This document shows positions 1 through 12,183 of a stretch of DNA of 64,000 bases, piece after piece. Each line of letters starts with the position of its first letter. Within the stretch, counting starts at the first letter, position 1. Location: the NCBI GenBank assembly GCA_946965045.2, contig OX337228.1:3224001-3288000 (forward strand), read 5' to 3'. The position numbers and the translations under genes were made by a program. Under the pieces are notes generated by a model that made no database searches, was not told where the DNA came from, and was given only the letters and a program-made list of their open reading frames with translations. The DNA comes from Epithemia pelagica. Taxonomy: Eukaryota > Protista > Bacillariophyta.

Positions 1-3
1 CAC

Positions 4-1200
4 ATGAAAACCACCGGGCTGGATGTTGTTCGCGCAAATGTTATGACTACGCCGGATGGGCGATCGAAAGGATGTGGTATTGCCGAGTTTGCATCTGTGG
101 AAGATGCACGCCAGGCTGTCACTGATTTAAACGAAACCGAGCTCTTTGGCAGGCAAATATTTGTGCGCGAAGACCGAGAAGAAAGAGGCGCTGGTGGAGG
201 AGGAGGAGCTGCTCATTCACGCCCCGCATCTAGTGGAGGAGGTGGCAGTGGTGGTAGTGGTGGTGGTGGAGGACACCGATTTTCGTCCGGCGAGGAAGCA
301 AAGAATCGACGAGTGTATGTTGGAAATCTCAGCTGGGATGTCGCATGGCAAGATCTCAAGGATCATATGCGATCGGCTGGTGAAGTGGTCCATGCGGAAG
401 TTATTACAGAATTTAGTGGCCGTTCCAAAGGATGCGGAATAGTGGAATACGCAACAGAAGCAGAAGCGCAAGAAGCTATATCCTCATTGACTGACACAGA
501 ACTGAAAGGACGGATGATCTTTGTCCGCGAGGACCGTGAATCCAACCAAGGTGGCCACAGTGGTGGCGGTGGAGTCGCGTCAGGGCGTAGTCAAAACACT
601 TCTGTATATGTTTGGAATCTTGCTCCAGATGTCAGCTGGCAGGATTTAAAGGATCACATGCGAAAAGCTGGCAATGTGGACTCGGCAACCATTCTAACCA
701 ACTCCAATGGCGACTCGTTGGGTTGTGGCGTGGTGGTGTATCAGCGCCCTCAAGAGGCTGCACGGGCAATCCGAGAATTACAAAATGTAGAGTTAAAGGG
801 CCGACCCATGTACGCACGGGAAGACCGTGAAGGAGGTCGCGGTGGATCAGGCCGCGGTTTCGGTGGTCGAGGCCGCGGTCGAGGTCGTTCCGGACGGTCG
901 GGTTATCACGCCGGCCGTGGTGCTGGTGGCAGAGGTACTGTTGGATCTCCAGATGGCACACAATTGTACGTGGGAAATTTGGCCTTTGAGACTACTTGGA
1001 AAGAGCTCAAAGATCACTTTCGCCAGTGCGGAGATGTCCGCCGTACCGAAGTTGTGTTCGGCCCTGGTGGGCAATCGAAAGGCTTTGGCACTGTGCAATT
1101 CTACAACAAGGAGGACGCAGAAGCTGCGATTAGTCGCCTTAATGGCAGTGAGCTTCAGGGCCGTACTTTGGAAGTGCGGGCCGACCAGAAGCCTCGTTAA
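4..1200 (+). CDS. Multi-RRM RNA-binding protein (Gbp2/Hrb1/G-strand-binding-protein-like); probably 5'-truncated by the window edge
   Basis: Four RRM repeats with RNP motifs (VYVGNLSWDVAWQDLKDHMR, GRSKGCGIVEY, LYVGNLAF, SKGFGTVQF) and Gly/RGG-rich linkers. Confidence 0.8.
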   Translation: MKTTGLDVVRANVMTTPDGRSKGCGIAEFASVEDARQAVTDLNETELFGRQIFVREDREERGAGGGGGAAHSRPASSGGGGSGGSGGGGGHRFSSGEEAKNRRVYVGNLSWDVAWQDLKDHMRSAGEVVHAEVITEFSGRSKGCGIVEYATEAEAQEAISSLTDTELKGRMIFVREDRESNQGGHSGGGGVASGRSQNTSVYVWNLAPDVSWQDLKDHMRKAGNVDSATILTNSNGDSLGCGVVVYQRPQEAARAIRELQNVELKGRPMYAREDREGGRGGSGRGFGGRGRGRGRSGRSGYHAGRGAGGRGTVGSPDGTQLYVGNLAFETTWKELKDHFRQCGDVRRTEVVFGPGGQSKGFGTVQFYNKEDAEAAISRLNGSELQGRTLEVRADQKPR

Positions 1201-1559
1201 GAAAACCATTTTCCATAAATTGCGCTTTGCGCCTTCCCTGATTGATTAATTGATTGTTGTGTGGCGGGTTGTTCGGATTCTATTGATTGTGCAGTTGCAA
1301 TGAATTATTTATGATTGGATGGCCAATAAATTGTCTCTAACTGGAGAAGCCCGCTTGGACCTTGCTTCGGCCTTATTGATCACCTGAGACCTTAATCCAT
1401 AACTTGACTTAAATTTCCGTTATATTTCTTCGTAAGTACTCTTCTTGAACTAGCATGCGGAGACAGGAGCAAAAGACTGCCGCTACAAATCAGGGGTGTA
1501 TATGACCGAAAATACAGTTCTAAGATTGCAAGTATCTGGACCCTGGACAGCTAATACAA

Positions 1560-2852
1560 CTACTCTTTTTGTTCAGGGAGGTTATTAGATGGTGATGGTT
1601 CCAACAGTTTCTTGTCGCGTTGTTGTTGTTTCTGTACAAAATATTTGAGAGTCTTGGCAAGAAAGTAAAGTGAAAAAGTGCACATTTCAGCACCACGGTA
1701 GAAAGCAAACCCAAGTGGGTAAATGCATTGTCCCATACACACACACATGGCCCATACGCCGATCAGCCCGTTTAGCTGAATAAATGTGGTTCCTGACAAG
1801 CGATTTCGTTCTCCAGCATCTTTGAGGGAATAAATCATTGTGGCCACCATGAACAGGCGTGATACGGCCGATCCGTTCAAACTAACGTCAAACCATGATC
1901 GATGCAAGGCTTCTCGGTATCGGAAATTGAAGTTCCCTTCCATCATATTGGAAAAAATCCCAGCCACAACAAACAATAGACAATTGCGATATCCCAGGGC
2001 TTGTTTCGCATTGTCGACACGCAATCCTCTTAGGGTGGCAATGGTGCCATCCTTCAACTCCTGAACCAGTTCTTCAATGGATCGAATCGCAGTGGGATCG
2101 ACACCCCGTCTCCATCCCAAAAAGGAAAGGAGGAGACCATATCCCTGCGCACACGTCAACACAAGTGACAAGAGAATCGCAGGTGGGGCACGAAAGAAAA
2201 AACCCGCTTCGGCAGGGAAGAACAAGATCCCAATGGCAGAGAATCCCAGCAATCCCAGATTGAGCCGTAAATAGGTATCACTCGACATTCGATCATTCTC
2301 ATTGGCAGAGGCCAGAATATGACAAAGGCCAGCCCCCATGCCATAGCCCGCGGCACCTCCAAACTTGGATGCCAATTGAACCGTAACCGTATGGTCTGGA
2401 ATTAGAAACAATATAGCCGCCAAAGCCGCAAATAGATAGGACCCCCTGCTATAGGCGGTGGTCAACAGGTTTTTGCTCGGATTGAGGACAAATTCAATAT
2501 TCTCCTTCACATTTAATTGGAGGTGTAATCTTGTTGTATCCACCATACGTCGTATCCTGCCCAGCTTATCCGTGATATTCTGGTTCAGAACATGTCGTGG
2601 GGTGTCTTTCGGTCGAGTTGGCAAGCTATCCCGAATCATCGTCAGAACCATGTTTTCGTTGTAGTGTTTCCGATGTTGCATTCTTGATCTGCTTGCATCA
2701 GGGCTTGACCATGACCTGGTCCGATATCTATGTATACACGTCATGGTTGTTCGGTCAGAGAAAACAGCGCCAGCACGCCATCTTTTCCTCACTGTTGCAA
2801 ACCCATTGCATATACCAAGCAGTACCAATACATGAAGCACCCGGGTTTGCAT
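1560..2852 (-). CDS. Hypothetical multi-pass membrane protein, likely plastid-targeted
   Basis: Long ORF with several hydrophobic segments; start placed at MQTRVLHVLVLLGICNGF (signal peptide followed by an F motif). Confidence 0.6.
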   Translation of the reverse strand: MQTRVLHVLVLLGICNGFATVRKRWRAGAVFSDRTTMTCIHRYRTRSWSSPDASRSRMQHRKHYNENMVLTMIRDSLPTRPKDTPRHVLNQNITDKLGRIRRMVDTTRLHLQLNVKENIEFVLNPSKNLLTTAYSRGSYLFAALAAILFLIPDHTVTVQLASKFGGAAGYGMGAGLCHILASANENDRMSSDTYLRLNLGLLGFSAIGILFFPAEAGFFFRAPPAILLSLVLTCAQGYGLLLSFLGWRRGVDPTAIRSIEELVQELKDGTIATLRGLRVDNAKQALGYRNCLLFVVAGIFSNMMEGNFNFRYREALHRSWFDVSLNGSAVSRLFMVATMIYSLKDAGERNRLSGTTFIQLNGLIGVWAMCVCMGQCIYPLGFAFYRGAEMCTFSLYFLAKTLKYFVQKQQQRDKKLLEPSPSNNLPEQKE

Positions 2853-3018
2853 GTTTGTTTTCTTGCAACAACAACGAACGTAGTAGGAATGCAAAGTTGT
2901 GAATTGTGAATCCTTGCAAGGGAACCTCATTCAACCCCCCGACAAAACTTGTGCGACCGCATCTAGCTATGCGCTATGCGCAGAAGCTAGGTCGTACTCG
3001 TACCAAAGTGAGTGGATT

Positions 3019-4182
3019 CTAAATGGATTCAATTGATCTACTCCTAGTCAAGAAGTCAATTTCATTCGGTTGATGAGTTCCTGCAATAACTTCTCCATAG
3101 TGTGTCATCAAAGAAACAATATCGTCTCTCGTCAGCTGGTGCTCCTCCCAAAGAGTAATGAGATGACAGATCAAGTGTTTTTCAAAGAACTGAATCACTG
3201 AAGCATGCAAGCCAATGAATTTCATGCAATGCGTTCGCATTGTCTTATTGGGAATTCGAGTTGGAGATGATCGAATAAAAGCATTCCAGAGTTTGATGAA
3301 GCGCTTCTCATCATCCGAAACGTCATTAAAGTCATCAAGCATCTTAAGGAGAGGTCACCGCGAAACAGATGAGATTAAGAGTTGGCAAAGATAGACTCTA
3401 CTTCCCTGTACGTTACTTACTGAGTTTGCGATACGTTGCTGCCACGCATCGTCACCGGGAGAAACGATTGTTTCGAGAAGCATCCATTCACCAATCGTAA
3501 TCTTTGAATAGCCCAAAGGATGGAAATAGTCACGGACCGGGGCGGCGATGCCATTATCTGAGGATAGACTTTCAACAAGCGACATCTCGGATTTATACGC
3601 CTTGAAAACAACCCCCTTCGATGAAATCCTTTGACAAAATGTGTCCCCCTGCTTGCAATAGATCACTTCATTTTGAAACGCTAAACTGGGCGCACTTTCT
3701 ACGCGCTTAAGTCGAGGGGTGATTTTTCGATCTGGATTTGCCGCAATATGGAACGTTCCTTCCTTATCTTGAAGAACAGAGAATGTGTAGTTCATGTTTG
3801 TGCAGCACAAATGAAGCCAGAGGCTATTCAAATCAATCTGTATGTGCGCCAGTGGAAAGCCTCGTCAGAGTCTTCGGATTGAAAATTTCGGTCAACTCAA
3901 TACATTTCAACGTACCGCCTTGAACGAACAAAGAGGACACGAGAAGTCGTTTCGAAAAATGGTACTGACTCGTGAATGTTTTGAGGACCCCTTTGTCTTG
4001 TAGTGAACTTGAAATCTTGCCGATGATTTTGCAACATCATTGGTATTGGTCGGTTTAGTTGTGCGGATGTACCCGAGATTTCGTCTTAGAAAAGGTAGCC
4101 GACGGCTGCACTGAAGTCTCCCACAAGGATTTTCTATCGTCAAGTGATCAGCCTCACTTTTCGTTTCATAATCCATTGTCAT
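3019..4182 (-). CDS. SUZ12: Polycomb PRC2 subunit SUZ12/EMF2-like (zinc finger + VEFS box); exons 4182-3916, 3837-3421, 3342-3019
   Basis: Spliced product gives CPLCSFKAIDLNSLWLHL (Zn finger) and DYFHP...LDDFNDVSDDEKRFIKLWNAFI...HLITLWEEHQL (VEFS box); two 78-nt GT-AG introns join the ORFs in frame. Confidence 0.75.
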
Positions 4183-4281
4183 AATACGTTGACGATAATG
4201 TGCATGAGGTAAAAGTAAAATGATTCCTTTTCTCTCTCTTCGTCCGACATGTCTTTGTCAAAACGAGATCTTCGTTGGTTC

Positions 4282-4354
4282 CACCCGATGTGGGGATCGA
4301 ACCCACGACCACACGATTAAGAGTCGTGCGCTCTACCGACTGAGCTAACCGGGC
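4282..4354 (-). tRNA. tRNA-Lys (anticodon CTT), 73 nt, no intron
   Basis: GCCCGGTTAGCTCAGTCGGTAGAGCGCACGACTCTTAATCGTGTGGTCGTGGGTTCGATCCCCACATCGGGTG folds into a cloverleaf with A/B boxes; T4 run about 20 nt downstream. Confidence 0.97.
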
Positions 4355-4644
4355 GTGTCACGCATAGTTCTAAAAATAATTTAGACATACTTGAAATTCA
4401 AATTTACTCAGAGATTATCAGAAACGGAGCCTACGTTTTGTCCAGCGGCCATCCGATTCCGATCCCCTGTGAAATTTTGGTAAACCATTTGGCGTATCTG
4501 ACCAGTTTTAAGAGCATTGTATCAATTCCAATCATTCTTTGCCTTAGCATCTGTAACTTGACCTCAAGAGGCAAGCAATTGATTCTTCTGCATTCTCACT
4601 ACTGGTCCGCTGAAGCAATCCCTTATCCAATACGCTGTGGATAA

Positions 4645-5734
4645 ATGAACGGTTCAGTAAAGAATGGGGAGAAGATCAGCCGATCAGATCAGCAAAAGCT
4701 AGAAGCAACCGATGGAAAGGGGAGCGTGAATGAAGCCCAAGCTTTGTCGGAGACTCACAAATCAACTCCAACATGGGCCTATCTTGTCCTTTGCCTTTTG
4801 GCACTCGTAACATACTTTACGATGCCGACACCCTTGCAACCCCATGGTGAACCAACAATAACACACGTCTTTTTCTACGGGTGGCTGACGGCCTTGAGTA
4901 CCGGAGCGGGAGTACTTCCTTTCTTGATCTTACCTAAGGTCGCATCCTATTGGGTTGGAGTCTCAAATGGTGTGTGTCATGACTAGCTCAAGAGTTCTGT
5001 TCAATATGACAAGCTTTCTCACTACTGTTTGCTCCATCCTGTTCTATCGCGATGAAATGGTTTCTGCAGCAATAGCAGCAGGTATGATGGTCGCAGCGAG
5101 CTATTCTCTTTTTATGGAAGGTTGCACGTACGCGGATCCACGTGATCAGTCAGAATGGTCGACAAAAGCTAGGACAGCATTTGGCGCTCTTTTGGGGCTT
5201 TGTTTCATCCTTGTGACGAAACAGTTTTTGGATCAGTATGAAGATCTAAAATTTGGAGGTCTGGGAGGAACCGACGCACGCAAAGCTTTACTCGTATTTT
5301 TTCTCATGACCGCACATTCTGTCTCGGAGGGTGTTGGAATTGGTGTCAGCTTTGGAGGAGTTCACGGGAGCCAACTGGGAACTCTCATTTCTGCTAGTTT
5401 AGCGGCACACAATGTGCCAGAGGGTTTGGCCATTGCAGTCGTTTTGTTGCCCCGTGGAGTCACCACAATCACTGCAGCGGTCTGGGCAGTCACGACAAGC
5501 TTGCCGCAACCGCTTATGGCTGTACCAGCATATATGTTTGTACATCACTTCATTCCAGTGCTACCGATTGGACTGGGCTTTGCTGGTGGTGCCATGACCT
5601 GGGTTGCGTTTTTCGAGCTTCTATCGGAGGCAATCGAAGATACGAACGTTTTTATCACGGGTGTCGTTGCTCTATGCTCCCTTGTTTCGATGATGTGTAT
5701 TCAAGGGGCGATTGACGATGAGACGCGTTCATAG
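4645..5734 (+). CDS. ZIP-family (ZupT/ZTP29-like) zinc/iron permease; intron 4970-5069
   Basis: ALSTGAGVLPF, SNAIAAGMM, MTAHSVSEGVGIGVSF and AAHNVPEGLA ZIP signature helices. Confidence 0.88.
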
Positions 5735-5907
5735 AGGTCTGGTTGTTCCAAGACAGCTTTGTAGGATATCTGACCTCTGATTTGGGTCTAGAGGAGAACA
5801 TTCGCTTTCCCCCCAATCAATCGTTCCTACATGTATGATTAGTATGTACATGTCTATAGCAAACAACACCATTTGATACACCCTCCTAACCTATGTTAAT
5901 GGATTTT

Positions 5908-6477
5908 TCATTTGCTTTTGAAAGCAAGGCTTGCAATTCCAGCGGCAAGTCCAATGGCAGCTGCCACTCCTGCACTAGCCATGGCGGCTTGCTTCATTTT
6001 CTTCTTCTCGCTTTGTTCATGTGCTGCAATAGAGGCGAGATGTAGCTCTTTCGCAATTCTGGAATTCGGTTCTGATCTGAGGATTGCTTCACATCGCGTC
6101 TAAAACATTCGAAACACAGAAAAATGGTTAAAGGTTTTGTCCCCTATGTAACAAGCACAAATTCAAGATGCACGAACCCGAGATTCTTCATAATCTCCCA
6201 ACAAGTAAAGGGCTGTAGCCGCACCATACAAGCAGTCAACCTGATGGGCAAATCCATCGACCACTAAACCATCTAAAAGGGTTACAGCGTATCGTAACTC
6301 TGATTTCTCTGAACTCTTGGACAGTGCAAAAGCATATTGAAACGTAGCGGTTTGTGACGGTTCTTTCGCCGCCATTAGAGCCAATTCCTCCAGAAGTTCA
6401 CGCGACGGTTGGCTCAATTGGAGCTTCCGGTCCAACTCTGTTTTAATATTCTCTTTGGTGGCCTCTGTCTCTCCCAT
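5908..6477 (-). CDS. FIS1: Mitochondrial/organelle fission protein Fis1; intron 6177-6100
   Basis: TPR-like FQYAFALSKS...DCLYGAATALYLLGDYEESR; second exon TRCEAILRSEPNSRIAKEL ends in the tail anchor AGVAAAIGLAAGIASLAFKSK*. Confidence 0.8.
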
Positions 6478-6647
6478 GTTCCAATAAACTTTGTAAACGT
6501 GTTCTCAAACACTTCGTCTTCGATTTATGGAGAATGGTTCCCGGTTCCCCCACAAACTACAGTAGCTATGCGGACTCCAAACTCCAAAGCCCAAATTTTG
6601 CCGACGTCCACCGTCCACCGTCCACCATCTCCTCCAAACTCCAAACC

Positions 6648-7433
6648 ATGTCGGACAAGAAAAGAAAGCGCCATGATGTTGACGGTGACGAAACGGCGAA
6701 TAAATCAACGGAGAAATTATTCTTTTTGCCCTTTCACCTGAGAATGCTGAAGTCTCTTTATAGTGCTGAAGACGAACCTGTGTCGCTTCGCGATCATGTC
6801 TCGACCCGGACATGGAACGACATTGAGGCTTTTCTGCGAAATCGAACCTTCCTTGCTGAATCCAAACAAAGAGCTGTGTATTCCCGTACGATCCACAATC
6901 ATTCATTGCGATTTGTTCGACGAGCGCAATCACTTGTGGCTTTGTCCACCGACAGTCAAAAAGCTGAAGGACCACGACAAGCCTTAAACAACTCCGGCAA
7001 CGAGTCTAAGGACACTGCATTGATAGATCGATGTCGCTCTCTCAGCACGAAATTGCCTCAGAAACAGTCCTTTCGCCTTTTGTCCAGCGTGCTGGCAGAA
7101 CGCGCCTTAAAAATGGATACTACGTTTGAAAAACGTGTAGCGAATCCGTACATGCCACTTTTGCAACTAACGAGGGAAAAAATTCAAAAGCTCACGCAAC
7201 AAAAGAAAATCCATTCCGATGCTTTATCAAAGCAATACAAATCAATTTCAAAGGAAATCTTGTCGATTAACATGTACTCGTTGTCCCACCCCGTGAAGAA
7301 GCCATGTGATATTGCAAAACGCATTCGAGACGAACGCTTGCGATCCAATACCGAACGATCAAGCCTAGTCTCGACGGAAACCAAAATCAAATTATGGAGC
7401 ATGCTGGAGAAAGACCTCACGTTTCTACTTTGA
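6648..7433 (+). CDS. Hypothetical protein (basic, possible NLS KKRKR)
   Basis: About 260-aa open frame with helical composition; no family recognised. Confidence 0.5.
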   Translation: MSDKKRKRHDVDGDETANKSTEKLFFLPFHLRMLKSLYSAEDEPVSLRDHVSTRTWNDIEAFLRNRTFLAESKQRAVYSRTIHNHSLRFVRRAQSLVALSTDSQKAEGPRQALNNSGNESKDTALIDRCRSLSTKLPQKQSFRLLSSVLAERALKMDTTFEKRVANPYMPLLQLTREKIQKLTQQKKIHSDALSKQYKSISKEILSINMYSLSHPVKKPCDIAKRIRDERLRSNTERSSLVSTETKIKLWSMLEKDLTFLL

Positions 7434-7541
7434 TATCCGTAAAATAAAGCACCGTCAAATAACCTGAGTAGTAGCACTCGTCTCTTATGATTCGATTACT
7501 AAAGTTATTAATGCTATGGACTAAGTTAAACGTTTTTCTGC

Positions 7542-10500
7542 TTAAATGAAAAGCTCCAATGTTGTTCTTGCGTAGGTGGTGTCTCCCTCGTCTTCGACCC
7601 ATGGAAGACCAGCAACGAGAGCATCCGAGTTGTATACGTACAGAGTATTGTAAACACGCCAGTACACATCGCGAACCTTTCGGGATGGATGGTACAAACC
7701 AGCAAGCGTGTATCGGAGAATAGTATTGGGGCCAAGAGCCACCATCAGTCCTTGAATCGCATCAAATACAGCCTGTATTACATGCGGTGATTCCTCGAAA
7801 ATATTGGGCCATACAAAGTTAAGAAGATGTATCAGTGCGTCCTCGCAACCATGCCCGGCCACTCCCAAAGAGAGGTGTTTAATAGCGGCGCAGGCAGTTT
7901 GACGATGGACAGGATCGCGTTCCATTAGTGCATCTTCAAGCAAAGGCGCAACAGCATACACGTAGTCCTTACCCATGTCACCAATATATTCAAACATAAA
8001 ACTGAGGGCTTTCAACACACCATTTTGGACATTAATTTCCATCACTCGGTATTCATTCATCAAAGCCGGAAGAACAGTGAAGGGACCGCATGTTTCGGCG
8101 ACAATAGCAATTGCAACAGTTGTGCAGACACGCATCTGGCGGTCTTGAACCTTTAAGTTGTTCAAGAGAGTGTGTAACACATCTTGTGGACCAATGGCTT
8201 TTGCAATGAAGCCAAACGTACTCACGGCTGCTCTTCGGATAGCCTTCTTGTGCGCCTTCAGCATCTCGAGAAGTTCAAAACAAATTCGCATCCATTCCTT
8301 TGCTGAGACGAACTCGGCTCCGCGATCCGCAATTCGACCAACCAGGTCAATAACGTTTTCTTGTACTTTTTCGTGACGATTCCTGAGGATTGGAGTAAGG
8401 CGTGGAAGAAGATCTCGGACAGGAGGGGTCATCTTAGTCATCCCTATCACGTTGACTATCGCCCGGAGTGCACCGAGGATCGAGCCTAGAACTTCTGGAT
8501 ACTCTTCACCCAAATACTCGTAGAGCACAACTCCAAGATGCCCCATCAGCTGATCTTCTCCGCACGCTTTCATTACAATTGCGATGCGACCAATTAAGTC
8601 TGCTGCCTGCATACGGACTGGGGCAGCTTTGTTGTTTAAACGCCATTTAATTGTACCTGCGATTTGTTTGAGATAAGGTTTGCATCGGACTCCAAGAGCA
8701 ACCACAACACTCCCGAATCCCATCAGCATTATTTGAGACTCTCGACCAAGCGCGTTCGATCCACTCATTGTGGCATCGACAGCTTGTTCCTGGAAAGCGT
8801 AAAGAATACCATCAATTAAACGTTCTTCGAGCTTCTCGTCGATGCTTGCTGTGCCAAGGTTATCAACAACCCGCTTCACTGTCTCCATGACCATCCTCCG
8901 ATATGGTTCAGAGTCATCCTTGAGATCATCGACGATACGGAGAACAATTTCTGAGCATCCAACCTTGTTTGCGAGCTCTTCTGTGGTCTCCACGACTTGA
9001 TTGTAATTACGACGATCGAGCGCCATCCTCCTTATCCAAAAGTTTCGGAAGAATTCGGGCAAGATCTCCTTGCGAATATACTCCGGTTCTACGCCTGCGG
9101 TGGCGACACATTGCTCAACAACTTTAAGTACAGTTCGCTTCATTTGTTCGTCGGGGGAGTGGAACTCCCTCAACAGGATCGGCATAACCAGACGCGTATA
9201 GTGACTTGCATAGCTCTCCTCCATCAAAGGAATTACAAAACCAACACTTTTCAGAAACGCAACAAGTGCTTTGCCGTGCTGTTCCATGGCTCCTTTCCAA
9301 AGAGGGCGAATTACGGAATCGAAACTCTCGATTCCATATGGATGCGAGGCTTCCGCAAGAGCGGCGCAAGTTAACGCAGTAACAATTCGAACCTCTTGCC
9401 TCTCGTCAGTCAAACCATGACTCACAATTTCAACAAGTTCGCGAAGATAAGGCAGTACAGCCACTCCCATGAGAAGAGCTATCTGCTGAACAATCTTTAT
9501 ACCGGTATGACGAGCTTGCCACGATTTTCTTGATTGGCAAACTGCTTTCAAAAATGGCAACAAAGCAGGTACACCAAGAGCACTTGCAACAACAGCAAAG
9601 GCTCTCGAAGTTGTGTTGCGCACGTATTCATCAGGGCTATCGATATCAGGCCGCATCGTTGCAATCATTGTTGGAAGTCCTGCTGCTTTCGCCAAATTAC
9701 TTATGATTTCTCTCCCTTCCACCCTGGCGTAGTAATCTTCGTCAATAAGAAGAGGCTCAATCACCGCCAAGATACGATGGACAAAAGGGCGCACTAACTC
9801 GTCCAGCTGATACAATACACGGTCAATGACCTTGACCAATAAATGACGTTCTTGGTCTTCTAGCGCAGGGCTCATCAAAAGAGGTAAAATCTGATTGAAA
9901 AGGGGTCCTGCACCAAAAAATCTGGTTTTGTCAGTAATCTGACGCATTGCCGTCTTACGTTGGGGAGGAGTACCGCTCTTGATCTTAAGAAGAAGCGACA
10001 TTATTTGTCGCTCTTTCAGTTCATCCTTGGACAAGGTCTCTTCATCTACTGATTCCATCAAACGACCGAAATATTGCATGTCTTCCGCTTTAATAAAAGG
10101 TAATGCACCAGGGCCTTCTCCTTGATCAGTGGGCTGCGCTAAGGGAATTCCATATGCTTCACGAATTTCCTGAGCAGAATCTGACCGTTGTTCAATGGGG
10201 ATCTCCATTTGGAACCCAGCCGGGGTACTGCCAATGGGAGTTGGGGTTGCCAACAATTTTCGCCCTGGCGTACGTAGCGGTACATAGCCCGCTGGTGGCC
10301 GAATAACAGAATATCCATCAGATGGCAGGATTGCGTCGAGCGCAGCTTCAGTCCATGGCCGGTTCCGTGACTCCATCTCCTTTTCAAGAGCCATGCTCTT
10401 CGAAAATCCATCAGCAGTATGTGTCTGGGAAGCCATTCCCTCAATCGATACACCGTGTGTACTCACTGGAGTGGCATCCCATCGACTTTTTACACCCGTT

Positions 10501-11360
10501 GATCCAGACGCCAATGCTGGAGTAGAAATAGCGACACCACCAGCATTAACCAAAGGAGTCGCATCCCAGCTCCGGCCTGTGGCGGCTGCGACCACAGGAG
10601 TAGCATCCGCGGCAGACACTGATGCAACTGGAGTTTCGTCCCAGCGCTTTCGGCGCCGAGAATTTGATTCTGAATCATCATCCCATTTACTTTTGCTCTC
10701 AACAGTGGAGGTTTCCGAATCGCTAACAGTAGCCAATTCTTGCGACGCCGTAGTGGGTGCAGCACTATCCCAGCGACGTCGACGTCTTTTTGCAAGGGGT
10801 TCCCCAATAGGTTTTGCTGCGGACGGCTGGTCGGGAACATCTTTCTTCAATTCATGTATTAGTTCTTGTCTCTCCTTCTCGGCGTTTGCCTGTTTCATAG
10901 CGTCACGGAAGCTAATCCCATCTTCTCGAATTAGCCGGTCATGCCGACGTTTCTGGTAATCCGTCTCTCGAGAAGACAACCGAGTATCAAGTAGCCCAGA
11001 AGTCGACTCGCGTCCTACAAATGGATCATCCATATCGTTTTCCTTCTGTACCCAATGAAAAATACATGTTAGAAGGAGCACGCAACGTATTTCATACTTC
11101 GACAGCGAACCTACCTTAGACAGAGGCATTCGTCCCTCATCCAACCCCTCACTATGTTCACTAGATTGAGCCGAGTTATGTAAGAGCCGTTCCTCGTCTC
11201 CAGTTGGAAGTTCCGAGACGTAAGCACTGTCACCACCACCACCCGCATAGGCGTCATCGTATGCTACTGCTGTGCCAAACTGTATTCCTCTATCATCACG
11301 CGCATCATTGTTCCTTTCCCCGATTTCTCGAGCAGTGTCTGGATTTGATACAGGAGGCAT
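7542..11360 (-). CDS. SF3B1: Splicing factor 3B subunit 1 (U2 snRNP); intron 11114-11046
   Basis: RWDETP/RWDATP ULM repeats, ERNRP...LDAILP, and HEAT repeats ([32 protein letters not shown]) to the conserved C-terminus. Confidence 0.98.
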   Translation of the reverse strand: MPPVSNPDTAREIGERNNDARDDRGIQFGTAVAYDDAYAGGGGDSAYVSELPTGDEERLLHNSAQSSEHSEGLDEGRMPLSKVGSLSKYEIRCVLLLTCIFHWVQKENDMDDPFVGRESTSGLLDTRLSSRETDYQKRRHDRLIREDGISFRDAMKQANAEKERQELIHELKKDVPDQPSAAKPIGEPLAKRRRRRWDSAAPTTASQELATVSDSETSTVESKSKWDDDSESNSRRRKRWDETPVASVSAADATPVVAAATGRSWDATPLVNAGGVAISTPALASGSTGVKSRWDATPVSTHGVSIEGMASQTHTADGFSKSMALEKEMESRNRPWTEAALDAILPSDGYSVIRPPAGYVPLRTPGRKLLATPTPIGSTPAGFQMEIPIEQRSDSAQEIREAYGIPLAQPTDQGEGPGALPFIKAEDMQYFGRLMESVDEETLSKDELKERQIMSLLLKIKSGTPPQRKTAMRQITDKTRFFGAGPLFNQILPLLMSPALEDQERHLLVKVIDRVLYQLDELVRPFVHRILAVIEPLLIDEDYYARVEGREIISNLAKAAGLPTMIATMRPDIDSPDEYVRNTTSRAFAVVASALGVPALLPFLKAVCQSRKSWQARHTGIKIVQQIALLMGVAVLPYLRELVEIVSHGLTDERQEVRIVTALTCAALAEASHPYGIESFDSVIRPLWKGAMEQHGKALVAFLKSVGFVIPLMEESYASHYTRLVMPILLREFHSPDEQMKRTVLKVVEQCVATAGVEPEYIRKEILPEFFRNFWIRRMALDRRNYNQVVETTEELANKVGCSEIVLRIVDDLKDDSEPYRRMVMETVKRVVDNLGTASIDEKLEERLIDGILYAFQEQAVDATMSGSNALGRESQIMLMGFGSVVVALGVRCKPYLKQIAGTIKWRLNNKAAPVRMQAADLIGRIAIVMKACGEDQLMGHLGVVLYEYLGEEYPEVLGSILGALRAIVNVIGMTKMTPPVRDLLPRLTPILRNRHEKVQENVIDLVGRIADRGAEFVSAKEWMRICFELLEMLKAHKKAIRRAAVSTFGFIAKAIGPQDVLHTLLNNLKVQDRQMRVCTTVAIAIVAETCGPFTVLPALMNEYRVMEINVQNGVLKALSFMFEYIGDMGKDYVYAVAPLLEDALMERDPVHRQTACAAIKHLSLGVAGHGCEDALIHLLNFVWPNIFEESPHVIQAVFDAIQGLMVALGPNTILRYTLAGLYHPSRKVRDVYWRVYNTLYVYNSDALVAGLPWVEDEGDTTYARTTLELFI

Positions 11361-11895
11361 CTTCCTTGCACTGCGAATCAATCGAATGATTGCAATGAAC
11401 ACACTGTACTGTGGAAATTGGAAATGGGTCGTGACTCGTCAATCTTGAATTCCTTAGATGGGAAGTCTGTCTGTCTGTCTTGGAAATCTACTCCTTGCCG
11501 TTCATCAGACCTGACTTGAACGGGGAACGCGTATTCGCGAAGGACCTACGGGAGACGGGAGTACCGTTGATCGTACCGCCTACTTCATTACTACGATACT
11601 CCGTATGTTCCGCTCCAGGTCGTTCCATTGCTGCAGTACTGTTCCCTTTCTCAAGGTATGTTGCTCTCGCCATTCGACATGGGAAGGAAGATTCGTCCAT
11701 CGTTTTTTATTTCCCTTATTAATAGTATCGTTGGAAGAATTGTTTACCGAGTGCTTGATTGGGCACCTGCGTGAAGATGGTACATTCATCTGATTTGACG
11801 TATGATTAGAAGCGAGACGCTATTGTAGGGCTCACCCATTAACGATGGTCTTCTCATTTCAAAATTCAGGTTTGAGCAACCAGCAAACAAAACAA

Positions 11896-12183
11896 ATGCA
11901 GATTCTGGTCGGTTCGACGGCCTACGCCGTTGACGCGGGTCTCTCCGTGGACTCGCTTAAATTGATGATTGAAAACAAGGAGTTCGTCCCTGCGGATCAG
12001 ATGCGTTTGGTCAATAATGGCAAACTCTTGGAGTTTGGAACTTTGGAAGCTAACGGTGTCGAAGAAGACGACGAACTTGTCATGAGCATGGAAGTTCAAG
12101 GTGGAATGCGCCGCAAATGGCGCAAGAAGCGTATGCGTCGTTTGCGCCGTAAGCGCCGCAAGATGCGTCAACGCGCCCGCTAA
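11896..12183 (+). CDS. RPL41: Ubiquitin-like domain (70 aa, ending QGG) fused to ribosomal protein eL41
   Basis: C-terminal 25 aa MRRKWRKKRMRRLRRKRRKMRQRAR match eL41; N-terminal MQILV...LKLMIENKEFVPADQMRLVNNGKLL is a ubiquitin-like fold ending in di-Gly. Confidence 0.9.
   Translation: MQILVGSTAYAVDAGLSVDSLKLMIENKEFVPADQMRLVNNGKLLEFGTLEANGVEEDDELVMSMEVQGGMRRKWRKKRMRRLRRKRRKMRQRAR

Noticed and set aside
10393-10959. 188-aa antisense ORF in SF3B1, and similar shadow ORFs in PRP8, VPS54, CSE1, ABCG and ArfGAP
   Set aside because: These are antisense or alternative-frame shadows of well-supported genes, explained by codon bias.
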